DNA from: Desulfotomaculaceae bacterium
Lineage (GTDB): Bacteria > Bacillota > Desulfotomaculia > Desulfotomaculales > Pelotomaculaceae
Length of the DNA: 64,000 nt
Assembly: GCA_041645005.1 (NCBI GenBank)
Contig: JBAZQW010000001.1
Location: 26,728 to 90,727 of the forward strand
Reading direction: 5' to 3'
Shown here: positions 25,978 to 34,961 of the stretch, piece after piece
Position numbering within the stretch: the stretch's first letter is position 1
Layout: every line of letters starts with the position of its first letter
Made by a program: the position numbers and the translations under genes
Notes under the pieces: model-generated
Database searches by the model: none
What the model was told of the DNA's origin: nothing
What the model saw: the letters and a program-made list of their open reading frames with translations, nothing else

Positions 25978-27791
25978 CAGTTGTTCTCCATTGCGATAAT
26001 TTTATCTGCTCCCCATTGAGACGTGTATTCTTTATTTGCTCGCTTTAAGACCGCTGCTCTGCTTTCTCCCGCCGCTAAGCCATCTAGGCAGGAGCGCAAA
26101 TAAGAACCCATTCTCTCTCCCGCCCGGCCGTCCCGATAAGGATCGAGCTTATCACAATACTTTGTCCAATCGCCCAGATCGGGTAAGTCGCCGCGATTAT
26201 TTTTGTACTTTTTAAGAGCAGCGATCAATTTGTCAACATCATCGAATATTAATCTCCCCTCTCCCCATTTGTAGAACTCGTGGGAACGGAATTTTGTCAG
26301 GTCGCAATGAATGCCCCGACAACCGGCTATGGCCGATTCAATGACCGCGGTCGAGATGCCGATCCCAACTGCCATGTCGCCGGCCGCCGCAGCGTCAACA
26401 GGCAAACGGCCTATTTCTTTGTTAAAGCGGAAACATCTGCCTGTTGCCATTAATTTATTTAAAGCCGGCAAAACCTGGCCAAGATCAGCCAGAAATTGCG
26501 GTTTTTTTGTTTTGATTATTATTCCGATGCTCTCATCTTTCAGTGCCCAGTTGATAAATGCCAGATAATATTTTTCCATCATTTCTTTTGAAAATTGATA
26601 TTGCGGCCCAAAAACATTGTCGAATAAAGCGATCACGAACGCCGCGCCTTTCGCTCGCAGCTTTTCACGTACCGGCCGGGATCTTTTGAGTATTTCCTTA
26701 AAAACCAGATCATTTGGATAACCGGTCACGACATTTGTCGTGATCTTATTAAGGTTGGGCGACAAATAACAATTGGAGCGCGGCGTCCAGCTAAAAAAGA
26801 CATCTTTCACATGATACCCAAAATACGTTTCTACGTTTAGAAATAACTCTGAGCGCTGCTTGCCAACAGCCAGACCAAGCTGGCCGGCAGCAAAAGCAAT
26901 TGTTTTAGGGATATGATCGATCCCGCCTTCCCCAATTATGAAATTGATCTTAACGTTAAAGTCTTGATAAAAGGCTCGCCAGTAATTAACTGCTAGGAGC
27001 AGCTCTTTTCCCTTGGCCATGATCCATTTATCAACACTATTACCGGGCCTGATCGCTGAAGGGGAGAGTTCCAACCTCTTCGCCGAGCCAGGCCGCCAGA
27101 CTGGGGCGTTTTTTCTGGCAACCGATCCGCGATTCAACGACACCCAACGCATCCCCATTTTTTCGATCTGATCTAAGACGTTTTCGGCAACCGGCCTACC
27201 AGTGACATTGTCCGCCCCTTCAAAATAGACCAGAACCTGGCCCGGATCGATCCGGCTCTTGGCCAACCAGACAAAATCAGACCGCCGCTCGAGATTTAAC
27301 CCCTCGGCATAAGCGACCGCGAGCACCGGCTTATTGACCGAAGAAAGAGCAGGCCGGTCAGCAGGCTTTATTTCACGAAGAAACCTTAATAACGATCGGC
27401 CGATCGCTATTAGGATCGATTGACCGGATTTACGTTCTTTAAAAGTTATTAAATACTCCTGATCGTCCCAGACCCGCCGAAACAGGGCGAAAATCCCCTG
27501 ATCAGTTGTGAAAACCAGTTCCCGGGCACTTGACGTGGGCTTGTTCCTCTTTTGCCATTTAGCAACGCAAAGATCGCGCGCGATCTGATATATCTCGGTC
27601 TTTAACGATTTTTGGAAGAAGACGATTGTTTTATCGCTGGGCAAGACTTGCTCGATCTTTTGATAGATCGGTAATTCAGATAACAGCTTGGACATTTTTA
27701 AAGCTAATTCTGAAGCCAGCGTCTCCACTTCATATTTTAATGAAGCGCCGGATTCGCTTTTCATCTCGCCCAGGTCATAAGCCAAAGTCAT
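25977..27791 (-). CDS. Uncharacterised 604-aa protein (U2) with a possible GT-B-like C-terminal half
   Basis: Only weak features: IGIIIKTKKPQF and GDMAVGIGISTAVIESAIAGCRGI. It is flanked by two cytidylyltransferase genes. Confidence 0.3.
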   Translation of the reverse strand: MTLAYDLGEMKSESGASLKYEVETLASELALKMSKLLSELPIYQKIEQVLPSDKTIVFFQKSLKTEIYQIARDLCVAKWQKRNKPTSSARELVFTTDQGIFALFRRVWDDQEYLITFKERKSGQSILIAIGRSLLRFLREIKPADRPALSSVNKPVLAVAYAEGLNLERRSDFVWLAKSRIDPGQVLVYFEGADNVTGRPVAENVLDQIEKMGMRWVSLNRGSVARKNAPVWRPGSAKRLELSPSAIRPGNSVDKWIMAKGKELLLAVNYWRAFYQDFNVKINFIIGEGGIDHIPKTIAFAAGQLGLAVGKQRSELFLNVETYFGYHVKDVFFSWTPRSNCYLSPNLNKITTNVVTGYPNDLVFKEILKRSRPVREKLRAKGAAFVIALFDNVFGPQYQFSKEMMEKYYLAFINWALKDESIGIIIKTKKPQFLADLGQVLPALNKLMATGRCFRFNKEIGRLPVDAAAAGDMAVGIGISTAVIESAIAGCRGIHCDLTKFRSHEFYKWGEGRLIFDDVDKLIAALKKYKNNRGDLPDLGDWTKYCDKLDPYRDGRAGERMGSYLRSCLDGLAAGESRAAVLKRANKEYTSQWGADKIIAMENN

Positions 27792-28474
27792 CTGATTTTA
27801 TCCCCTAACAAGGCTTCAGCCACTTTAAGGTCGTATTCGGAATCTATATCGAGCGATCTTTCAGCCGGCATCACATACGCCATGGTTTCTTCGGTAACGA
27901 ACGCTTTCTTTTCCAGCAGCCAATCGACGCGCGCGCAATAAACGGCGCCATTGAGAGTATACGCTTTCGGCAAATCCTGGCGGCGCAGGATAAATTTCTC
28001 TGTTGAGATCAAGGGGCGCAAATGATTCTCACGGTCAACGGAAAATGTCCAGTAAAGGCTTTTCCCCGCTTCGACTACCGAGACGCATGAATTTGCTTTT
28101 GTTTTAAGGCACATTTCAATGCAACCATCAATATCCGCCGCTGCTCTCAGCGGTGAAGTCGGCTGCAATAAAACAACATAATCGTATTTGTCTTTTAGGA
28201 TCTTTAAAGCATGTAGTACGACCTCAATCGTCAAAGTGCCATCCCCGGCTAATTCAATCGGGCGCACAAAAGGAACCTCGCAACCGTTATTTCGTGCTAC
28301 AGCTATAATTTCCTGGTCTTCCGAAGACAGGATCAAACGATCAAGCTGTTTTGACTTTTTTGCCTGCTCGATCGTCCAGACGATGAGCGGTTGCCCGGCG
28401 ACCTGCTTCAGGTTTTTACCGGGAACCCCTTTGGACCCGCCCCGCGCCGTGATGATGCCGAGAATTTTACTCAT
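27788..28474 (-). CDS. neuA: N-acylneuraminate (nonulosonate) cytidylyltransferase
   Basis: N-terminus MSKILGIITARGGSKGVPGKNLKQVAGQPLIVWTI. 228 aa. Confidence 0.85.
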   Translation of the reverse strand: MSKILGIITARGGSKGVPGKNLKQVAGQPLIVWTIEQAKKSKQLDRLILSSEDQEIIAVARNNGCEVPFVRPIELAGDGTLTIEVVLHALKILKDKYDYVVLLQPTSPLRAAADIDGCIEMCLKTKANSCVSVVEAGKSLYWTFSVDRENHLRPLISTEKFILRRQDLPKAYTLNGAVYCARVDWLLEKKAFVTEETMAYVMPAERSLDIDSEYDLKVAEALLGDKIR

Positions 28475-29859
28475 GATTGCCTAAAACCCCGGAAAGATTG
28501 ATCTTTTTCCAGATATAATTTTTTAGCGGTCTCTCTGGCCTTGATCCTTTGATGGGAGTAATAATTCTCGATCAGTTGGATGTTGGCGTCATGGAGCGCC
28601 CGCAATACTTCATCCTCGGTCATCTCGGTAAAATTAACCGACAACAGATCGGAATTAGTGTGTTTATTTTCATAGAAGTCGGCGCAATCCTTGAGCAGCC
28701 CTTTTTCGATCGCGTAATAGTACAACGGAGAGCCCGGGTAAGGCGTGACTGGTCTGATCGTCCGCAGCTGCGAATGGTCGTCGTATTTCAATAAAAACTC
28801 CATCCCCAGGCGCAGCGACTCGGCATTCTCGCCGATATTACCAAAAATAATATTATAGCCCGGGCTGATCCCGGCCGCCAAAGTGTTTTCTATCCCTGTA
28901 ATAATTTGCTTGACGGTCAGAGCCTTATTCATCGCCCGCAACGCTTTTTCATCCATTGATTCAATTCCATAATTAATAAAAACACACCCGGCTTCCTTCA
29001 TCAGCTTTAGAAGATCGGGCTTGGCGTAATTCAATCTGCCGTTGCAATCCCATTTAATGTTCAACTGCGCTTTTATGAATGCCCGGCAAAGCTCTTCCGT
29101 CCTGGCGACCGAGGACATCAGCAGCTCATCGCCAAAGGCGATATAAGTAATGCCGAATTTCCTTTTCAGCAATTCGATCTCCTCGATGATGCTGTCGCTC
29201 CGTCGCGGCCGGAAACCCTTGTCCATCCGGTAGCAGAAATTGCATTCAAAAGTACAGCCCCGCCCGGAAAGGATCGGCATGACAAAGTCGGCATTGGTCG
29301 CGTGGGGCATCCGCAGCAGCCGATAATATTCTATTGGGAAGAGCTCATAAGCCGGGAACGGGATGGAATCTATATCTTCGATCAGGGGCCGGCGTTCGTT
29401 AACAACAACCTTGTCGCCCTCCCGGGAAGCGATCCCTTTGACCTCCTTCAGCGGCAATCGCTGCGCCACCGCTTCTAACAATTCGATTATCGTTCTTTCG
29501 CCTTCGCCGATGACCACCGCGTCAGCGCCGGTCTTTTTCAAGAAGTACTCCGGCTCCGGTGAAGGACCGTGGCCGCCGATGATGTAAAAAGGCCGGTTCT
29601 TAGCGCGGTTGATCGCCTCGGATATTTTCAGCAATTTCCTGTATTGGTAATAGCCGCCGACCACGCTGACACCGATAAAATCATACCGGTTCTTATCAAG
29701 ATGGGCCTGAAGATGCGATTCGGGATAATGATGCTGATCCTGGCTATAAATCTCTACTTCGTGGCCGGCTTTAAGCAACACGGCGGCAATATACCCCAAA
29801 CCCTGGGGGAACCAGTGAATATAGGAGTCGTTATCATAAACTACCAGTAAAACTCTCAA
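28471..29859 (-). CDS. B12-binding-domain radical SAM enzyme (class B)
   Basis: An N-terminal cobalamin-binding-like domain (FYIIGGHGPSPEPEYF) is followed by CxxxCxxC as SGRGCTFECNFCY. TTG start at 29859 with GAGGGAG upstream. Confidence 0.8.
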   Translation of the reverse strand: MRVLLVVYDNDSYIHWFPQGLGYIAAVLLKAGHEVEIYSQDQHHYPESHLQAHLDKNRYDFIGVSVVGGYYQYRKLLKISEAINRAKNRPFYIIGGHGPSPEPEYFLKKTGADAVVIGEGERTIIELLEAVAQRLPLKEVKGIASREGDKVVVNERRPLIEDIDSIPFPAYELFPIEYYRLLRMPHATNADFVMPILSGRGCTFECNFCYRMDKGFRPRRSDSIIEEIELLKRKFGITYIAFGDELLMSSVARTEELCRAFIKAQLNIKWDCNGRLNYAKPDLLKLMKEAGCVFINYGIESMDEKALRAMNKALTVKQIITGIENTLAAGISPGYNIIFGNIGENAESLRLGMEFLLKYDDHSQLRTIRPVTPYPGSPLYYYAIEKGLLKDCADFYENKHTNSDLLSVNFTEMTEDEVLRALHDANIQLIENYYSHQRIKARETAKKLYLEKDQSFRGFRQS

Positions 29860-29872
29860 GCCATTATCTCCC

Positions 29873-30868
29873 TCATGCCGGAAGCAAGTCTCCCAGCGTC
29901 TTTATTATTTCCGACTTATTTAGCTGTTCGGCGCTGGCTGAATTGTAATCGGCTGACGGGCTGCTTGACTTCTTGTCAAGCATCCCGGGCAAAATTGTGT
30001 ACATTTTACCGTCATCAACGGCATTGGTCATTTCAATGTGCGTCATCAACTCTTCGTGGAACTTTTCTCCCGAACGCATACCGATCTCCTTAATTTCGAT
30101 CTTTTTGGGGTCATGACCATACCTGCCAGCCAGCATTTCGATCATCGCCTCCGCCAAAACTCCGACTTTGACCGCCGGCATTTTAAGGATAAAGATCTCT
30201 CCACCTTTGGAGCCGACCGCGGCGTTCAAGATCAGTTCTACCGATTGCGCTATGCTCATGATAAACCGGGTCATGTTGGGATCGGTTACCGTCACCGGCC
30301 CACCCCGTTTGATCTGATCCAAAAATATCGGGACGACTGACCCGCGGGAAGCCAGCACATTGCCGAAGCGGACGCAGGCAAAAGCCGTTCGGCCCAAACC
30401 CTTATAATTATTGGAGGAGATGGTGATCCTTTCGGCCAGTAATTTGGTGGCCCCCATGACATTGATCGGATTGACTGCCTTATCAGTGCTTATATTAATG
30501 ACCTTCCCGACGTTCTGGAATAAGGCCTCTTTGATCACATTCTGTGTTCCGATAACATTTGTTTTCACAGCTTCAAATGGATCAAATTCACAAGCGGGCA
30601 CATGCTTGAGCGCGGCAGCGTGAAAAACTATATCAATTGAGTCCATCGCCCATTTTAAACGCTCTTCATCACGGATATCGCCGAACAAGAAACGCACTTT
30701 GCCTTTGCTGCCGTATTTCTGAGACAAATTAAATTGGGCATCCTCATCATTGCTGAATACTCTGATAACGGAAGGTTCATATTTAATGACCTGCCGGACG
30801 ATCTCGCTGCCGATCGAACCCGTTCCCCCCGTCACCAGGATCTTTTTGCCGGAAAAGTAATCCTTCAT
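29873..30868 (-). CDS. PseB/LgaA/CapD-type UDP-N-acetylglucosamine 4,6-dehydratase
   Basis: Motifs KKILVTGGTGSIGSEIV, HAAALKHVPACEFDPFEAVKTNVIGTQNV and STDKAVNPINVMGATK. Confidence 0.85.
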   Translation of the reverse strand: MKDYFSGKKILVTGGTGSIGSEIVRQVIKYEPSVIRVFSNDEDAQFNLSQKYGSKGKVRFLFGDIRDEERLKWAMDSIDIVFHAAALKHVPACEFDPFEAVKTNVIGTQNVIKEALFQNVGKVINISTDKAVNPINVMGATKLLAERITISSNNYKGLGRTAFACVRFGNVLASRGSVVPIFLDQIKRGGPVTVTDPNMTRFIMSIAQSVELILNAAVGSKGGEIFILKMPAVKVGVLAEAMIEMLAGRYGHDPKKIEIKEIGMRSGEKFHEELMTHIEMTNAVDDGKMYTILPGMLDKKSSSPSADYNSASAEQLNKSEIIKTLGDLLPA

Positions 30869-31992
30869 TTTTTCACTCCTTGCAGCGCCGCTTTAAGCGC
30901 TTTGACGACTTGATCGATCTGACTTTCTGATAAACGGTTAAAAAACGGCAGCGCGATCGTCCGATCAGCGACCGCTTCAGTGATCGGGAAATCACCTCTT
31001 TTAAAACCGAATTCTTTTTTGTAAAATGGCTGTAAATGGATCGGCGGGAAATAGGCGCTGCAGCCGATCCCCTTGGCCCGCAATTCCAAGATTATCCGGT
31101 CGCGCTGGGCAGAAGAGAATTCATCGGCCAACCGCACGACATAGACAAACCAGCTTCGTTTAATGCCAGCAGTTTCTCTCGGCGGCAGGATCAACCCCTG
31201 AATACCTCTCAATTTTGCCTCATAAAGATCCGCCGCTCTTTGGCGACGTTTTAACAGTTCAGCGATCCTTTTCAACTGGGCGATCCCGAGCGCGCAGTTA
31301 ATGTCGCTTAAGCGGTAGTTATAACCCAGCCGGCTGTGCGCCAACCAACCCATACCATCATCCCGCCCCTGATTACGCATGCTTCTCGCCAACAATGCGA
31401 TCTTTGCGCTGTTAGTCGCGATCAAGCCGCCTTCGCCGGTGGTCATCTGTTTGTTGGGATAAAAAGCGATAACAGAACAGTCGCCGAACGTTCCGGCTTT
31501 CCGGCCGTCAATCTCTGCCCCCACCGCCTCACAGGCATCTTCGATCACCGACAAACTATGTTTATTGGCGATCGCCATGATCTTTTTCATGTCGCAGGGA
31601 TAACCGAAAACATGGACCGGCAGGATCGCTTTGGTCTTTTTGTTTATCTTGCCAACGATCTTCTTGACATCGATATTGAGAGTGTCGGGATCGATATCGA
31701 CAAAGACAGGCCTGACCCGTTCAAACAGCAGACAGTTAGCGGAAGCGATAAAACTAAAAGGGGTAGTAATGACCTCATCATCATCTTTTAGACCCAGCGC
31801 TCTGACGCAAAGATGGAGGCCGCTGGTCCCGCTGTTGACGGCGACCGCATGTTTAACACCCAAATAGGCCGCGAATTTATTTTCAAATTCCGGCAGTTTC
31901 GGCCCCAGGCTTAAGTTCGGTGTCCTTAAAACAGCCAGAACAGCTTCTCTTTCGCTGTCAGTAATATCCGGATTTGATAATGGTATTTTCAT
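30865..31992 (-). CDS. DegT/PseC/LegC-type sugar-nucleotide aminotransferase
   Basis: Start moved to ATG 31992 (MKIPLSNPDITDSEREAV). Motifs AVNSGTSGLHL and IEDACEAVGA. Confidence 0.85.
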   Translation of the reverse strand: MKIPLSNPDITDSEREAVLAVLRTPNLSLGPKLPEFENKFAAYLGVKHAVAVNSGTSGLHLCVRALGLKDDDEVITTPFSFIASANCLLFERVRPVFVDIDPDTLNIDVKKIVGKINKKTKAILPVHVFGYPCDMKKIMAIANKHSLSVIEDACEAVGAEIDGRKAGTFGDCSVIAFYPNKQMTTGEGGLIATNSAKIALLARSMRNQGRDDGMGWLAHSRLGYNYRLSDINCALGIAQLKRIAELLKRRQRAADLYEAKLRGIQGLILPPRETAGIKRSWFVYVVRLADEFSSAQRDRIILELRAKGIGCSAYFPPIHLQPFYKKEFGFKRGDFPITEAVADRTIALPFFNRLSESQIDQVVKALKAALQGVKK

Positions 31993-32393
31993 TTCTTTCC
32001 CAGCTTTTTGACAACTTTGGCCGGCACGCCGAAAGCCACGCAATTGTCCGGTATATCCTTATTGACGAAAGAAAAAGCGCCGACAATTGAATTCTTGCCA
32101 ACTGTAACCCCCGGCATAACTACGCAGTGACTGCCGAGACAACTGTCTTTCTTAAGCCAGACTTTCCCATTTTTGCCGTCGATCGTGGAAACAGAATAGA
32201 TAGAACAATGCGAGCCGACCTGGACTCCGGCCTCGATAACTACTCCGTTCTTGGCGTTGATATATGTAAATGCCCCGATATCAGTCTTGTTGCCAAGCAC
32301 CAAGTTATTCGCATGCTGGATCAGCCAGTTATATTTGGTTAATTTACCCTCTTTAATCGCAGGCAAACGCCATTTCTTAAATCTTTCCGCCAT
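31989..32393 (-). CDS. Left-handed beta-helix (hexapeptide-repeat) N-acetyltransferase
   Basis: Hexapeptide periodicity: IGAFTYINAKNGVVIEAGVQVGSHCSI...LGSHCVVMPGVTVGKNSIVGAFSFV. ATG 32393 has AGGAG 6 nt upstream. Confidence 0.75.
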   Translation of the reverse strand: MAERFKKWRLPAIKEGKLTKYNWLIQHANNLVLGNKTDIGAFTYINAKNGVVIEAGVQVGSHCSIYSVSTIDGKNGKVWLKKDSCLGSHCVVMPGVTVGKNSIVGAFSFVNKDIPDNCVAFGVPAKVVKKLGKK

Positions 32394-32402
32394 GATCATC
32401 TC

Positions 32403-33560
32403 CTAATAGGTTATTTGTTTTTGTAAAAAATCACGGTCTATCCCGATCTTGCTTAAAACTGCCGCGATCTTTTCACCGGCGCGGCCACTACCGTATGGAT
32501 TGACGCAATGATCGATCTGCCGGTGAAACTTATCATCAAATAAGGCTCGTTTGATTGCCTTTATTATTGCTGATTGCTTATGCGGCACATCGATAACATT
32601 CTTCCCCCGCTCTCGCCCCGCTTGCCTGATCCCGATATTAACCACCGGCAGTTTAAATAAGGGGGTTTCGATGATCCCGCCGCTGGAATTGCCGACCAGA
32701 ACTGAAGTATATTTTAACAGACTCAGGTAGACTCTGCGCGGCAGATTTTTAAAGAGCCGGATATTGTCGACAGTTCTTAGTTTTTCGATCTCTCTGATTA
32801 TGGTCCTGCCGCCTGCGTCAGAATTAGGATAGATCACTACCGTTGGCAGATTAAACTGTCTAACCGCAGCGATCGTCCCCTTGATCTGTTCCCCGGCTTG
32901 TTCTATTTGGGTCGTGACCGAATGCTGCAGCAGCACCAGGACTGGTTGAGTAAAATCAAAACCTATTTCAGCCGCTAACGCTTTTTTTGATAATAATGGC
33001 TCATGCAAAACCGTATCCAATCCGGGGGCACCAACCAAAAAAACACGCTTTGGCTCTTCCCCCAGCTTAATTATCCTCTCCTTACTTTCTTTTGATGCCG
33101 GAAAATGGATATGAGCCAGTTTGGTGATCGCGTGCCTGGCCGACTCATCAAGGCCGGCCATGCTGATATCCCCACCATGGATATGGGCAACGGCAATATT
33201 CATATAAGCGCTAGCGATCGACGCCGCCAAGGCCTCGGTCCGGTCACCCAAAACCAAAGTGACATCCGGCCTTATCGAGCTCAGGGCGGCCGCCAGCCCC
33301 GTAATGCCACGGCCGATCGCTTTAGCCATGGCTGCTCCGTCATTGTTAGCCGGGTCCATTTTCACTTGCTGATCGATCCGGAAGCCATCTTGTTGGATCA
33401 AGCCGGCCGTCCGGCCAAATTGAGAGGAAAGGTGCATGCCGGTCGCGATCAATGATAGTTTGAGCTCAGGCCGGGCCCTGATCGCCAACATAACCGGCTT
33501 TAACAGGCCGTATTCGGCCCGGCTACCGGTCACCACGCAAATCTTTCTTCTCTGTTTCAT
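32403..33560 (-). CDS. neuC: UDP-N-acetylglucosamine 2-epimerase, hydrolysing (NeuC/LegG type)
   Basis: Motifs KICVVTGSRAEYGLLKPVM and VAHIHGGD. Start moved to ATG 33560 (ATGA overlap). Confidence 0.85.
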   Translation of the reverse strand: MKQRRKICVVTGSRAEYGLLKPVMLAIRARPELKLSLIATGMHLSSQFGRTAGLIQQDGFRIDQQVKMDPANNDGAAMAKAIGRGITGLAAALSSIRPDVTLVLGDRTEALAASIASAYMNIAVAHIHGGDISMAGLDESARHAITKLAHIHFPASKESKERIIKLGEEPKRVFLVGAPGLDTVLHEPLLSKKALAAEIGFDFTQPVLVLLQHSVTTQIEQAGEQIKGTIAAVRQFNLPTVVIYPNSDAGGRTIIREIEKLRTVDNIRLFKNLPRRVYLSLLKYTSVLVGNSSGGIIETPLFKLPVVNIGIRQAGRERGKNVIDVPHKQSAIIKAIKRALFDDKFHRQIDHCVNPYGSGRAGEKIAAVLSKIGIDRDFLQKQITY

Positions 33561-34309
33561 GTTGTCAACAATTCCGCCTGCCAAATGATCAACTTTTTCC
33601 CGTCTTTTTCAAGGTAAGCGCCCTTGTACGGTTTCGAAAGGGCTTTGATCTTAGCGTAAATATCGTTGAGACTTTCTTTTTCCAAATCGATCCTGTTGTC
33701 AGCCAATTTCGGTTTTTTGAAAACCACCGCTTCCCTTCCATCTTGGGGGGTTCGCGACGCCTGGCCGGCGATAATTAACGGCAAATATTGCCTGATAATC
33801 TTTTTACCGGCTCTGATCACTTTTTTATAAACAGTCGCCGCATCATCAACCTCACCAATCTTGAATTTTTCTTGAGCGATAATATCGCCGTCATCAAGCC
33901 CGGTCCCGGGATAAAACATGGTCAGCCCTGACTCCCTGACGCCTGTCAGGATGGAATTAATGATCGGCGCCGGGCCCCGGCCAAAAGGGAGCAGCGTCGG
34001 ATGAAAACCAATCACGCCTCGCGGCGGTATTTTCAGCACTTCGCCGTCAACGACCTGGCGCCAGCCGCACATCACGACCAGATCAGGCGCCAATTCTTTA
34101 AGCAGCGCTTTTTCTTTGTTGATCTCGGAAACTTGATGGACTTTAACGCCAAAATTTTGCCAGCTTTTGGCCGGTACACCGTCATACATGATCGTGGCCG
34201 CGGTCTGGTCAAGGGTGATGACCGCGTTTAGGTCAAAGCCTTTGACCTTAATCGCTTCTTTCAACAACTCCAAACCCAGTTTATTGGCTGACAACCAGAC
34301 AGTTTTCAT
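33557..34309 (-). CDS. Formyltransferase-like protein (Fmt/PurN N-domain fold), copy 1
   Basis: Motifs VMCGWRQVV, GVIGFHPTLLPFGRGPAPI and LDDGDII. His and Asp are retained, but the canonical Asn of N-x-H is Gly. Confidence 0.65.
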   Translation of the reverse strand: MKTVWLSANKLGLELLKEAIKVKGFDLNAVITLDQTAATIMYDGVPAKSWQNFGVKVHQVSEINKEKALLKELAPDLVVMCGWRQVVDGEVLKIPPRGVIGFHPTLLPFGRGPAPIINSILTGVRESGLTMFYPGTGLDDGDIIAQEKFKIGEVDDAATVYKKVIRAGKKIIRQYLPLIIAGQASRTPQDGREAVVFKKPKLADNRIDLEKESLNDIYAKIKALSKPYKGAYLEKDGKKLIIWQAELLTT

Positions 34310-34313
34310 TTTC

Positions 34314-34961
34314 CTATCTCTGGATCTCCCTGATCAGCATAAAGGCCTCGGCATAATCAGCGCAAATCTCCAAGCCCCGCTTCTTGGCCAGCGTGATCAG
34401 GCCTTCGGCATTGCGCGGGTGCGGCGGCGCTTTAACCTCCGAGGCATAAATCTCGAAGGCTTTGATCTTTTGCTCGATCTGCCGTTCGATCCCGACCCAA
34501 ACGTTCGGGACAAAAGCCCGGTTATTCCATTCGGTTTCGGAGAGGGTCTCGTAACATAACAATTTAATGGTCTTCGGCGGCCGGGTCCCAACGGCGCAAG
34601 CCCGATAAATCAAAGTATGGTCATAATTAAGATCACCTTCAAAATGGGTATAAACGATCGACGGCTTAACCTGGTCGATCACAACCGCGATCTTATTGTT
34701 CAATTCGCCGTGCGGCAGCGTATTGAGCTTGACCGTTGGCTGATCGAGATTAAAACGGCCGGCGATCCCTAATAGCTTGTCCACTTGCGCCTGTTCGACG
34801 ATCTTCTGCTCGATATAGTCCTTCGACCATTCCGGCTCATAGGCACTAGTCACCAGGCAAACATAAACTTTATCTCCGGCGGCAACATGTTTCAAAACCG
34901 TACCGCCGACGCCCAATACTTCGTCATCGGGATGGGCCGCTACCACCAGGACATTTTTCAT
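34314..34961 (-). CDS. PIG-L/LmbE-family N-deacetylase, copy 1
   Basis: Motif VLVVAAHPDDEVLGVGGTV. Start moved to ATG 34961 (ATGA overlap). Confidence 0.8.
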   Translation of the reverse strand: MKNVLVVAAHPDDEVLGVGGTVLKHVAAGDKVYVCLVTSAYEPEWSKDYIEQKIVEQAQVDKLLGIAGRFNLDQPTVKLNTLPHGELNNKIAVVIDQVKPSIVYTHFEGDLNYDHTLIYRACAVGTRPPKTIKLLCYETLSETEWNNRAFVPNVWVGIERQIEQKIKAFEIYASEVKAPPHPRNAEGLITLAKKRGLEICADYAEAFMLIREIQR

